The notes under the pieces are model-generated. The model did no database searches. It saw only the letters and a list, made by a program, of their open reading frames with translations, and had not been told where the DNA came from. The position numbers were made by a program, and so were the translations under genes. A stretch of DNA of 64,000 nucleotides, taken from assembly GCA_013416795.1 (NCBI GenBank), contig RQSC01001236.1, positions 85,780 to 149,779 of the forward strand, in the 5' to 3' direction. This stretch comes from Prasinococcaceae sp. CCMP 1430 (Eukaryota; Plantae; Prasinodermophyta). Below are positions 42,745-53,095 of this stretch, piece by piece. The stretch's first letter is position 1; every line of letters begins with the position of its first letter.

Positions 42745-45700
42745 TCACAAGGCCCAAAGCGCGGTCGCCGCGAGGGCTGCGATTGGCGCGACACCGCCCT
42801 TGACTCGCCACATAGCGTATAGCGCGGCGAAGGGCAGCGCGGCGCCCAACAAGGGGTCTTTGCGACCGCCGTCGCCCTCATTCTGGGCGTCCACCTCAGC
42901 CTCGGGCTTCCCAAGAGGCGTCGGCGCGTCCTGTGAGAGTTCGGCAATCGGCGGCGATGGAGGCAGCGTCAAGCAGCTTGGCACGGGCGAAGAGCCGAGA
43001 TCGCTCGTGCTGTCGGCAACTGAGAGGCCTGGGGAAGTGTTGGGGCATGGCGTGAGTGCCAGACGCGCATCCCCGAGGCGAGCTGCCGCACGCGCAAGGC
43101 GAGACGGCGTTGTTCCGGCCGCGCCTGCCTTTTGCAGCGCGATTGACTCAGGCGTCGCCGGATCTGCCAATCCGACGCCACTCAAGACGACGTTGCCGTT
43201 GATGCCACCCAGTGGAGTGCGGCGCAGTCCAGTGCGTGGCGTGCGTTTGTTGGGAAGGAGTGCCGGCGAAAGCGCGTTTTCCTTGTCTTCGAATCCCTTC
43301 CGACCACCACTGCTCGCACAACCTTGCGCGGCGGGCAACTGCGAGTCGGTCGCCGCTGCCACCGCGATGGCGGCGAGATCATCACGCAGGCGCATCGCCT
43401 CGGCGTCTACCTTGCGCAGATATGATCGCCCAGCACCCAGCATGGTTGAATGTGGCGAGGACACGACCATGGCGAGCGCACGCTTGGCATCACTTTCGAC
43501 GTCTGCAAGCGCCTGCGCAGCCTCCTTCATGTGTATGCCATCGGCAATGCTCTCGCTCTGAAGCCTGCTGCACTCCGTCTCCGCCAGAGAGGCCCGGCGT
43601 TCCGCGGCGACGCGACCCTCCACCTGCTTCTCGGCGTCGCTTTGGACAGCTGCAAGCTTCGCCTCCAGATTGAGCACGGCCTGCTTGTACTCGGCGGCGC
43701 GCGCGTCGGCAGCATTGGCCCGCTCCCTCAAAATAGACATGTCGGCCTTGCGCTTCTTGGCCGACTGCTGCGCACGCGCGAGGCTCGCTTGTGTGACCTG
43801 AAGCTGGGACGTTGCTTGTGCCGCAGCTCGCTGTGCAACAGCGACAGCATCAATTGTATCCGCGACGTCCTGCTCGGCCTTGGTCGCTCGCGCGTTGGCC
43901 GAAGTTAGAGCCATGCGCGCTTCCTCTGCGGCACGGAAAGCAGCACGCTCAGCGTCGACGAAAGCGATGTCCTTGTCGACCACTTCCTGGCGTGCGGCAT
44001 CCAACTCCGTGCGAAGCCTGCGCGCCTCCTGAGTCGCCTTCGCGATGTCGGCGGCCGCCTTGTGTTGGGCATGCTCGAGCGCCTCGAGCGCATCGCGCGC
44101 CTCCTCAACAGCTTCGTCGCGTTCAGTCTGCAGGCGCGCACATTCGTTGCGAGCCTCAAAAAGATCAATCTCGCCTTCAGCCGATGTTTCGCGAGCCTCG
44201 GCGAGGCGGCGAGGTGCTTCGTCGATGACAGAGTTCGCGAGTTCCAACATGGAGCCAGATCCAGACATCTCGACATTCGTGAAGGAATCAATGATGGTGT
44301 TGATCGCATCGACGTTGGCGATGACGTCCCTCTGCGAGCCCGTCGCAGTCATCATAGCGGCCTTGTGGGCGTGCCCTCCCGTAGTATCTTCCCTTCTCTG
44401 CAGCCTTGCGCCATCAGCCTCAGACAGGGCGAGCTGGCCGACCTTGTAGATATCCCGCGTCTCACTGGCACCGGCATCTAGCTTTTGGTGCAGCGATGCG
44501 ATCTCGGCGGCATGCATGCGCTGCAGCGATGCGATCTTGTTCTGCTGCAACGCAACCTCGTCCGTCAGTCGGCAAGCTTCTTCCTTGCTTGTGGCGATGC
44601 GTGCCTCCGCAGAGGCTGCGCGCTCGTGCAGAGCAGCTACGTGCGCGACGGCCACGTCGCGCACCGCCCTGGCCTCGGCGAGCTCCGCTTCGCATGCTTT
44701 CTCTCGCTCGGCGAGAATCCTGCTCTCCTCGAGGGCAGCCCTCAGAAGCTGTTCGGCAACGTGCGCGCGCTCTTCCGCAGCACACGACGCTGCCTTCGCA
44801 GACTTTGCATCATCTTCCGCCTGACGTCGCGCGACCACGGCTTCGTTGAGCTTTTGTTGCATGTGCGCCTTCTCTGCGCCCTTCAAAGACCTGAGCGAAG
44901 CCATCATACGCGTTGCCTCCTCGAGCTCCTTGGCGAGCCGTTTGACCTCGGTGTCGCTCCTCGCCACCGCCTGTTCGGCGGACGCAGCGCGCGCAAATGC
45001 AGCGAGCGCTCTCTCCTTTGATCGGGCGGCTTCGGCGGCAACGTCGCTCATGGATCGCTTGCTCGCGTTGACTGCGGCAGCGGCACTTTCACCAGCGATG
45101 CGCAGCTCTTCGAGCTCCCTCTGTGCGTGTGCGAGTGCCTTGGTGGTGGCTGCGACTTCGCCGCGCGCCGCCTCGAGCTCGTCCTTAGTCTTCATCGTTT
45201 CCGCCTCGAGCTGAGAGGCCCTCTCCTCGGCTGCCGTGACGGCCCGCGTGTGCTCTTCAGCTAGTTGATCCGCCCTCCGCTTGGCTTCTCCCTGGTACTG
45301 CGTGGCGGCGTCCCTCGCCGCTTTGAGCTCGGCACTGGCCTTTGAAGCAGCCGCCGCCGATCGGCGGGCATGAGCACGGGCATCCTCTGCTGCGGCTTGC
45401 GCCTCCAGAAGTCTCTGCTCAGCGGCATCCCTCGCAATGTCGGCCTGCTCCTTGCCGTACCTGATGGTGGCGGCCTCGGCGCGAGCCTGCTTCGCGTCTT
45501 CCACCGCAGCTGTGTAGGCAGCTTTCAGACCCTTGACAGTCGCCATCAATTGAGAGACCTCAGTTTCGGCGGCCTGTACATTTGCGGCAAGCCGATGCTC
45601 GCGCTCTTCAGCGGCGGCGACAGCAGCATACGCCCCCGCAAGAGCGCTCTTATGCTCTTCCGCTGCGGCAAAGGCACCCCGCAAGGCCTTTTCGGCCAGC

Positions 45701-48700
45701 GCACGCGCCTTTGCGGCATCGCCCTCAGCGCGCGTTGCTCTTTCCTCAGCGACAGCAAGCCTCTCGTCTTGAGCGCTGCGCTCGCTGAGTTGAGCCCGAA
45801 TCTCGTCAATTTCAGCCTGCTTCTCCTCCAGAGCAGCTGCGGCTTCCAAGGCCTGCGTCTCCGCCAACTTGGACGCCACTTCTGCCTCGCGCCTTGCGCC
45901 ATCTGCCGCAGCCAACGCAGCATCCCTCTCCTCGCGCGTGGCCTGGAGGGAGCGCAGAGCATCTTCAGCAAGGGCCTTCAACTTCTTCACTTCGGCACGA
46001 GCAGCGGCGGCGCGCTCATCCGCGGCTTGGCACGTCGCATCCGCGGCCGCGCGCACACACTCAAGTTCCTTGCGGCGACTGTTTGAGTGGCGTGCTGCAA
46101 CGCCAACCTGATGCATTGCTTGCACCGTATTGGCCTCAGCCGCATCGACGCGCGCATTGGCGCGCTGCACGGCAGCTGCAGCTTCTAGCCTTGCCTGGTC
46201 AAGCAGCGACCTCACGTCGGCAGCCTCAGCACGGGCAAGCTCAGCAGCCTCTCTCGCCTCAGCAGCAGCGCGCTCGGAGGATGCTGTAGCTGCCTTTGCA
46301 GACTGGACATCATCTTGGAGGGTGGCAATGGTGGTCTCGTAGTGCGCCTTCTGAATAGAGCACCGTTCGTTTGCCTCCACAAGCTCAGCGCGCAGGCTCA
46401 GAACCTCAGCAGCAGACACAGCGACAGTCTCCTCCATGGACGCAATTGCTTCCGCAGATTCAGCACGGAGAATGTTGGCGGCCAACTGCGACGCCTGGAG
46501 CTCGCGCTGACACGCCTCGTACGACTCGCGCACGGTGCGCGCTTCCGCGGCGGCGCGTCCGGCATCCGCCACGGCGCGCGCCACGGCGGCGTCCGCGTCG
46601 GCTATGGCTCGTGAGTTGCGCTGCTCACACTCGTGCGCCTTGCGAATCGCGCTCTCGGCCAGCTGGCGGAGCTTGGCGCTGTTGCCGTCGGCGCGGTCGG
46701 CGTCCAGCTCGGCCTGAACGGCAGCGGCGCGTAGAGCCTCCGCCTCCGCCTCCGCCGCGGCCTTTGAAGCCTCAAGGTCGTCAACGCGGGCATTCGCATC
46801 CGACAGAGCAGAGCTCAGCAAGCTCTGCGCGGCGATCATTTCCTGCTCTAGCTTCGCCGCGCCGTCGCGCGCATCCGCGCTGTCGCGCTCGAGCGACGCG
46901 CAGCGCGCCAGGAGGCTCTTCACGGACTGCTCAGCACTCGCCAGCTCGCGACGGCTCGCGGCGCGCTGCGTCGACGCGGCGCGTTGGGCGGTGGCGACCG
47001 CGGCGTTCGCCTCCGCAGACTCCTGCTCCGCCCGTACGGCCCGGCGAGTTGCGGCCTCGGCTGCCTCGGCCGACTCCTTGTACCGTTGCTCGTGCTTCCG
47101 CTCAGCAGCCTGGGACTCCTTGACGGCGGCTTCAGCGGCTGCACGAGCGCTCACGGCCTGCGCTTCGGCATCCTCCGCCTTCCTGCGGGCCTGCATGGCA
47201 TCGGATTCGGCATTAGAAAGGAGCTGTTTCTGTTGCTGCATGGTCACGTGGCCATCCCGAAGCACCTTCTCGGCAAGCGCTCTCGCTGAAGCGGCGGCCT
47301 TCTCAGCAGCACAGCGAGCGGTCTCAGATTCAGCGAGAGCTGCCTGAGCTTGTGACATCGCAAGCTCGTGGGCTTCTGCTGCCTCCTGTCCATCTGCCCT
47401 TGCTTGATCGGCATCAGCCCGAGCCCGAGCGACTTCGCGTTCAAGCGCTGAGAGTCGGTCCTTCTGTTCGGCAACAGTCGTCTCAGCAGCAGTACATTGG
47501 ATCTGCAATTCTTTTCTGGATTTGTCAGCCTCGCGCGCGGCTTTTCGCGCTTCACTCGCAATCTCCTCGGCGCGTGCGACAGCTTCGACAGTCTTGCGCT
47601 CCGCTGCCGCCGCATGCTCCTCCGCAATTTTAACGGCTTTTTCGAGGCTGACCTTGAGCTCATCGTTGCGGCGCTGGATCGCCATGGCACGCTCGTCCGC
47701 AGCTGTCACGTCGGCCTTGGCCTCGGCAGCGCTTCTTTCGGCGGCTTCAACCTTCGCCGCCATAGCGGCGAGGGCCTGGTCGCGCTCGGCGATGGAGCGC
47801 GAAGCACCGATGCGAGCATTCTGGAGTTCGCTCAGTGCAGATGCTGCTGCTGCCTCAGCCTCCTTTGCCCTGGCTTCGTGCCCAGCGGCAAGCTCTTGCG
47901 CAGCGGCCACGGCGCGTTGGCCGTCATCTTTCGCACGAGCAAGCTCGCGCTCAGCTTCCTGCAAGTCTGCCTGTGAGGACGCCAGGGCCTCCTCCGATGC
48001 GGCAACTCGCTCTTCCGCTGTTTTAACGCTCTCCATTGCTCCTGCAGTGGCCATCTCGGCAGCCTCGGCACGCTTCACGGCAGCATTTGCAGCCTCCATA
48101 GCCGCCTGCTTTGCTTCGCGATGAGCCTCAGCTGATCGCATCGACTCCTGTCGAGCTGCTTCAGCGGCGCTGGCACGAGCTTCCGCTTCGGCGCGTGCCG
48201 CCTTAAGCTCGTCATGCAGTGCTGCAGCGCGTCGCAACGACTTCTCGGCCGCGACCTTCACGTCAGCAAGGGCTTTCTCCGCTTCGGCAGCGCGGGCATT
48301 TGCAGCATCTGTCTCTGCCTGGGAAGCGGCACGCGATACCGCGTGATCCTCAGCCAATTTGGAGGCTGCAGCATGGGCTTGCTCAACCTGTGCCCTCGCT
48401 GCGCGCAACTCCTCTGACGCTTCCGTCTCCTTTGAGAAAGCAGTGCGGCGAACAGCAGCTAGTCCCTCCGCGGCTTCTTCGTGAGCATCACGGGCTTCAG
48501 CAAGATCGTGCGATAGCTGCGCAATTCGCAAGTCGGAAGCAGACTTTGCCTCGACGGCATCCCTCAAAGAGGTCTGGATCTCTTCCTTCTCGGCTTGCGC
48601 GGCGGCAAGGTCTTGCTTGGCGCGAGCCTCGGCAAGGGCGGCCTCCTGTTTGGTCCGCTCGACTGCCTCGATTGCTTGCTTTTCCCTGCATTCGGCCATC

Positions 48701-51168
48701 TCAGCGGCAGAGCGTGCATTGTTGAGCTCCGCCTGAAGACCCATCGAATGGCGCGCCGCCGCTGCGAGCGCCTCCTTGGCCTCGGCGGCGGCCTCCTCGT
48801 GAGTCGCTTTCGCGATTTTTGCACTGCGGACGGCAGCTGCGGCCTCAGAGCGAGCAGTGATGACTGCGGCCTCAGCCTGGCGCGTTTTTTCGTCGGCATG
48901 TTGTGCAAGCTCAATCGCAGCCTCCCTCGCTTGACGCAGCTCCCTTGCTTCTTCCTCTGCAGCATCGGCGCGCTCTTTTGCGTCCTCCGTGGACTTGACA
49001 GCCTCCTCAATAGCGAGCGCGTGCTTCTTGCGCTCCTCCCCGGCCTCGCGCAGCGTCGCTTCGGCCAGACTGCGCGCCTTCGTAGCATCAGATTCTGCTG
49101 CATCAGCGCGGTGGACAGCCGCAGACCGTGCCTTCTGCTCGTGGGCAGCCGTGTCAAGGGCATCCTTTGCCTCTGCACGCGCCTGGTCTGCCTCTGCCTG
49201 CGCAGCCTGGAGCTTGTCCATCGCACCCGCCGCCTGCGCGAGCGCGTCATCGGCAGTAGCCTGTGCCTGCAATGCCTGCGCCTCGAGCCTTGCACAGCGT
49301 TCTTCTGACTCGCGCGTTGACTCCTCTGCTTCGTGACGCGCCTCCTCAAGTCGCCTTTCCGCGTCCTCGGCGGCGCCTGCAGCATCCTCGGCAGCTTTTT
49401 CTGCCTCGATGAGCCGCTTCTGTGCCGACTCAGCGGCGGTCTGGGCCTCCTTGAGCGCCGCCGCAGTTGCTGCGGCGCCCTTCTCGAGCTCTGCAACGCG
49501 AGCGGCCTGCTCGGTGAGAGATGCTGCGTTGCCCGCCCGGGCCACGCGCAGCTGCTCGAGCTCCTGCTCTTGGGCCATCACCCGAGCCTGGCCCGCATCC
49601 ACCTCCGCCTGCGCCAAGTTGCGAGCGTTGACGGCGCGCCTGGCCGCGTCCTCAGCCGCAGCGGCGCGCTCTGATGCCCTCGTTGCTTCCTTGGAGGCCA
49701 CAGCGAGCTTGCTCTCGAGCTCGACGATCTCGGCGTCACGAGATACAAGGCGTGCTTCAGCAGCTGATGCCCTAGCCTCCGCTGCCTCCTCGCGAGCGAT
49801 GGCGGCCGCGAGGCTGGCCTCCGCAGCAGCGGCACGCTTGTTCGCCTCATCAGCCTCGGCGGCGGCGGCACGCGCCTCCGCGGCGATGCGCTCGGCTGTA
49901 GACTTGTGGCTTTCCTCGCGGACCTCGGCTTCCTTCATGACCACGATGGCGTCCTCGAGCTGGCGCGCGCATTCAAGGGCCTTGGTCTCCGCTTCGTTAG
50001 CACGGGCCTTCTCCCTCGACACCGTCGCCATGGCGTCGGCCTTGCTGGCAACTTCAATTTCCGCTGCCTTCTCCTCGGCGCGCTGAGTGCGCTCCTGTGC
50101 CACCTGCAAGCTGCGAGTAGCGTTCCCGAGCGCGCGCTCCGCGGCCTCCTGCGCCTTGCGGGCCGCTTTGAGGCCGTCGGCGGCCTCGTTCGCGGCGAGG
50201 TGTGCCTCGTGTGCGCGCGCCTCCGCCGCGGAGCGCGCCTCCTCCGCCTGGGCGGCGCTCTCTTTGAGTGGGGCTATGGCCTCCTCGTGATGGCGACGCG
50301 CCCGTTTGAGCTCGAGCACCTCCCTTTGCGCATCCTCGAGGGCGGCCATCGACGCCTCGCAATTCTCCTTGAGGGCGCGGGCCTCCTCGCGCGCGATTTG
50401 GGCCTCACGGGTGGCCTTCTGCGCCTTGGCTTCGCCCGCGTCGGCCTCTCGTCTAGCCTTCTTCGCCTCCTCGATTGCAGCGGTCTTGCTCGCCTCGAGC
50501 TCGCGGCGCATCGTCTCTGCTTTGCCGAGGGCCTTGTCGGCGCCAGCGAGGGCGCGATGTACCTCCTCGACATCCTCATCGGCCATCGCTTGCGCCTCCT
50601 CCGCCATAGCTCTGGCAGCCCGCACCTCGGCCTTGAGGGAGCTCACCTCACGCTCGGCGCGCTCAGCGCGCGCACGCAAGAGCTCCGAGTCGGCGAGCGC
50701 CGCCGCCGCCGCGGCCTCGGCCTCGTCGGCGATATCGTGCGCCTCTTGAAGCTCCTCTGCGCGGGATGCCATCGCCGCGTCGAGCCTCGCACGCGCCTCA
50801 TTCAGCTCGCGCTCGGTCGCGGCCTTGTCCTGCACCTCGTCGCGCAGCGCATCGCGCTCGCGCTGCGCCCGATGCAGCAGAGCGCGATACTCCGGCCCGT
50901 CCAAGGCGCCGAGCGCGCCCGTCGAGGCGGCAATGGAGCCGCGCCCGCGCCGCCTGCCGGTGGCCGATCCCACCACCATCTTGAAGAAGCTCTTCACCGG
51001 CGTCGGCTTTGCATCCCCCACTGCCGACGCACCGACGCTCGGCGAGCCACCATTCCCTTCGGCGGGCGCGGGCGCGGCGTTCTCCTTGCCGTCCGCCGGC
51101 GCCGCGGGCTCGCCGTCCGCGTTGGCCGCGTCCAGGCTCGCGAGCAGCAGCGGGTCGCAAAAGTCCAT
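42745..51168 (-). CDS. Giant (2,807 aa) Ala/Glu-rich coiled-coil protein with a hydrophobic C-terminus, intronless
   Basis: Single 8.4-kb open frame from MDFCDPLL (ATG 51168), continuous heptad-like sequence, C-terminal LLGAALPFAALYAMW..VAPIAALAATALWAL. Confidence 0.8.
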   Translation of the reverse strand: MDFCDPLLLASLDAANADGEPAAPADGKENAAPAPAEGNGGSPSVGASAVGDAKPTPVKSFFKMVVGSATGRRRGRGSIAASTGALGALDGPEYRALLHRAQRERDALRDEVQDKAATERELNEARARLDAAMASRAEELQEAHDIADEAEAAAAAALADSELLRARAERAEREVSSLKAEVRAARAMAEEAQAMADEDVEEVHRALAGADKALGKAETMRRELEASKTAAIEEAKKARREADAGEAKAQKATREAQIAREEARALKENCEASMAALEDAQREVLELKRARRHHEEAIAPLKESAAQAEEARSAAEARAHEAHLAANEAADGLKAARKAQEAAERALGNATRSLQVAQERTQRAEEKAAEIEVASKADAMATVSREKARANEAETKALECARQLEDAIVVMKEAEVREESHKSTAERIAAEARAAAAEADEANKRAAAAEASLAAAIAREEAAEARASAAEARLVSRDAEIVELESKLAVASKEATRASERAAAAEDAARRAVNARNLAQAEVDAGQARVMAQEQELEQLRVARAGNAASLTEQAARVAELEKGAAATAAALKEAQTAAESAQKRLIEAEKAAEDAAGAAEDAERRLEEARHEAEESTRESEERCARLEAQALQAQATADDALAQAAGAMDKLQAAQAEADQARAEAKDALDTAAHEQKARSAAVHRADAAESDATKARSLAEATLREAGEERKKHALAIEEAVKSTEDAKERADAAEEEARELRQAREAAIELAQHADEKTRQAEAAVITARSEAAAAVRSAKIAKATHEEAAAEAKEALAAAARHSMGLQAELNNARSAAEMAECREKQAIEAVERTKQEAALAEARAKQDLAAAQAEKEEIQTSLRDAVEAKSASDLRIAQLSHDLAEARDAHEEAAEGLAAVRRTAFSKETEASEELRAARAQVEQAHAAASKLAEDHAVSRAASQAETDAANARAAEAEKALADVKVAAEKSLRRAAALHDELKAARAEAEARASAAEAARQESMRSAEAHREAKQAAMEAANAAVKRAEAAEMATAGAMESVKTAEERVAASEEALASSQADLQEAERELARAKDDGQRAVAAAQELAAGHEARAKEAEAAAASALSELQNARIGASRSIAERDQALAAMAAKVEAAERSAAEAKADVTAADERAMAIQRRNDELKVSLEKAVKIAEEHAAAAERKTVEAVARAEEIASEARKAAREADKSRKELQIQCTAAETTVAEQKDRLSALEREVARARADADQARADGQEAAEAHELAMSQAQAALAESETARCAAEKAAASARALAEKVLRDGHVTMQQQKQLLSNAESDAMQARRKAEDAEAQAVSARAAAEAAVKESQAAERKHEQRYKESAEAAEAATRRAVRAEQESAEANAAVATAQRAASTQRAASRRELASAEQSVKSLLARCASLERDSADARDGAAKLEQEMIAAQSLLSSALSDANARVDDLEASKAAAEAEAEALRAAAVQAELDADRADGNSAKLRQLAESAIRKAHECEQRNSRAIADADAAVARAVADAGRAAAEARTVRESYEACQRELQASQLAANILRAESAEAIASMEETVAVSAAEVLSLRAELVEANERCSIQKAHYETTIATLQDDVQSAKAATASSERAAAEAREAAELARAEAADVRSLLDQARLEAAAAVQRANARVDAAEANTVQAMHQVGVAARHSNSRRKELECVRAAADATCQAADERAAAARAEVKKLKALAEDALRSLQATREERDAALAAADGARREAEVASKLAETQALEAAAALEEKQAEIDEIRAQLSERSAQDERLAVAEERATRAEGDAAKARALAEKALRGAFAAAEEHKSALAGAYAAVAAAEEREHRLAANVQAAETEVSQLMATVKGLKAAYTAAVEDAKQARAEAATIRYGKEQADIARDAAEQRLLEAQAAAEDARAHARRSAAAASKASAELKAARDAATQYQGEAKRRADQLAEEHTRAVTAAEERASQLEAETMKTKDELEAARGEVAATTKALAHAQRELEELRIAGESAAAAVNASKRSMSDVAAEAARSKERALAAFARAASAEQAVARSDTEVKRLAKELEEATRMMASLRSLKGAEKAHMQQKLNEAVVARRQAEDDAKSAKAASCAAEERAHVAEQLLRAALEESRILAEREKACEAELAEARAVRDVAVAHVAALHERAASAEARIATSKEEACRLTDEVALQQNKIASLQRMHAAEIASLHQKLDAGASETRDIYKVGQLALSEADGARLQRREDTTGGHAHKAAMMTATGSQRDVIANVDAINTIIDSFTNVEMSGSGSMLELANSVIDEAPRRLAEARETSAEGEIDLFEARNECARLQTERDEAVEEARDALEALEHAQHKAAADIAKATQEARRLRTELDAARQEVVDKDIAFVDAERAAFRAAEEARMALTSANARATKAEQDVADTIDAVAVAQRAAAQATSQLQVTQASLARAQQSAKKRKADMSILRERANAADARAAEYKQAVLNLEAKLAAVQSDAEKQVEGRVAAERRASLAETECSRLQSESIADGIHMKEAAQALADVESDAKRALAMVVSSPHSTMLGAGRSYLRKVDAEAMRLRDDLAAIAVAAATDSQLPAAQGCASSGGRKGFEDKENALSPALLPNKRTPRTGLRRTPLGGINGNVVLSGVGLADPATPESIALQKAGAAGTTPSRLARAAARLGDARLALTPCPNTSPGLSVADSTSDLGSSPVPSCLTLPPSPPIAELSQDAPTPLGKPEAEVDAQNEGDGGRKDPLLGAALPFAALYAMWRVKGGVAPIAALAATALWAL

Positions 51169-51472
51169 CGCCGCGGGCACCCCCCTCCCCTCCCCCTCGC
51201 CCGACCAACCCACCGGTCGCGCCCCTCTCTCCGCTCCGCTCCCTCCGCTCCTCTCCTGGGCTCGCGCCCGGCGCCCCGCGCCCCCGCCGTGCGCGCGCAC
51301 GGAAAGGGCGCGCGCGCCTGGCGCCCGTGTGGCACGCCCATTCCTCCCTCCAACCTCGCGCACAGCTTCACGACTCCTCCAGCCAGCCAGCCGAGCACCG
51401 CCGCCAAGGAAAAGCGGGGGAAAAAAAAAAAAAAAAGAACGGTCACGGATGGGTGGATCTTTCAAAGCTCAG

Positions 51473-51847
51473 TGTACCATGATGGTACAGTAGTACTAGT
51501 CACACTACGTGCGGCGAAAGAACCACCCGTTCGGGCGCGTTTGTGTTCGGTCGGCCGGCGTTTGCGCGATCCGCCCGGGCCCCATCGAAACGCAAGGCGC
51601 TCCGCCCATTCAGCGGAAGGGCGCGCGCGAAAAAAAAATCGCGAGCCCGCCCTTTTTTTTTTTTTCGCGCGCGCGGGGGCCCCCGCGCGCGCCGCGCTCT
51701 GCTTTGTGCACGGCTGGGGAGCCGGGTCCCACATCAAAAAGCATCGGATGCGGAGAGTCCCCGACGGAGGTCCGTTGCAGGGCCCAGCGAGCGTCTACCA
51801 TCTTGGTACACTACCATCGGATGGTAGTACAGCACAGTAGTACTAGT
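51473..51847 (+). mobile_element. Two Helitron-like 3' ends (hairpin + CTAG|T); possible 347-bp non-autonomous unit 51500-51846
   Basis: Hairpins TGTACCA-TGA-TGGTACA and ACTACCAT-CGG-ATGGTAGT, each followed by identical ACAGTAGTACTAGT; TC follows the first CTAG. Confidence 0.45.
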
Positions 51848-52033
51848 CCTAGTATTCAATTCGAAAAAGGGGCATTTTGCCGTTTGATCGGCGTACTCCA
51901 AAAAGGCGCGTCCCCGGTCGGGGGCCCCACCGACGCATTTCCCAACGGGCAACGGCACGCAGCTCCCTCTCGATCGATCTGCGGGCACCCTCCATCTCTC
52001 GATCGTGAGTGCCCAGCTCCAAAACCCGGTGTG

Positions 52034-52060
52034 TTTAGGGTTTACTTGCTTTTTAGGGTC
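52034..52060. promoter_or_regulatory. Two telo-box-like TTTAGGG motifs upstream of the zf-DNL gene
   Basis: tttagggttt and tttagggtc. Confidence 0.45.
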
Positions 52061-52264
52061 CGAAAGTGGCGTGGCGCGGTCGAGGCGCGCGCGTGGCGCG
52101 GGGCACTCTGGCAGGCGGCGCGGCGGCTGCGCGGGCAAGGGGGGGGAGGGGCGGTGCAGCGGGGCGCGAGCGGCACACGGCGCGCCGTCCGCCGCTTGTG
52201 TGGAAGCTTCGGCCGAAGGGGGGGGGAGAGAAGGGCCGTGTGTGGCGAGAGCGTTGCGGAGGGC

Positions 52265-52899
52265 ATGGCGACGGTCGGCGCGGTCGCACGCTGCGCGGCA
52301 AATCGCGCTGCGAGATGCCGCCCGCCACCCGCCCAGGCATCAGGATGTGCTGGAAAAGGACCCCTCGTCGATCTACAACGACGTGTATGAGTACGCGCGT
52401 GCGGTGCGCGTGGCAGCCGCCCCAGCGCCACGTCAGGGTGGCGCCGGTGGCAGCGAGGGCGAGGCGAGCGGTGAAAGGTGCGTCCAAAGCCCCTTCGTGG
52501 CGCAGCGAGGGCCGGGCTTGAGCGCGTTTGCCACGCGCGGGCTGACAGCACCGCACGTGTGACGATCCCCTCGCGCGCCGAGCTCGCAGCAACGAGAGCG
52601 AGGCGGGGGGCAGCGCGAGCGTGGACGTGCACGCGCACGAGCGGCGCACGGTGCTCGCGCAATTCACGTGCGACCAGTGCGGCACGCGCAGCGAACGCAA
52701 CGTGAACCCGGCGGCGCTCAAGCGGGGGACCGTGTACGTGCAGTGCCAGGGCTGCGACGCGTGGCACACGCTCGTCGACAATCTCGACCTCGTCAAGGAG
52801 TACGATCTCAAGGCAGAGAGGGAGGCACATGCAGCCGCGGCCGCCGCTGAAGCCGAGGCCGAGGCTGAGAGCGGCACTGGTGACGCGGGGCAGACATAG
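52265..52899 (+). CDS. DNL zinc-finger chaperone (Hep/Zim17 family); intron 52478-52589; 5' end uncertain
   Basis: FTCDQCGTRSERNVNPAALKRGTVYVQCQGCDAWHTLVDNL. Confidence 0.85.
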
Positions 52900-53095
52900 C
52901 ACGTCTGCCGCGGTGGCGATGAATATGACATTCTGTCACGGCGCGCTGCGCCCGCAACACCCTGTACTGTACACATTTGTCATCTACGCAGGAAATTCAC
53001 GCGCACGTGCGCGTGCAATCTCTCGCTCGCGCCCCCTCGCAAAGAATTGAGGGGTTACAAAATTGGGATGGAGCGTTCGAGTGCCCCCTGGTCAA

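Noticed and set aside
51726-51878. GTCCCACATC (plant USE-like), GGAGAGTCCCC and AAAAGGGGCA resembling an RNase MRP/Pol III gene
   Set aside because: There is no TATA at USE spacing, P4 pairing is imperfect, and the spacing is too short. A 9-10-mer can occur by chance in 64 kb.
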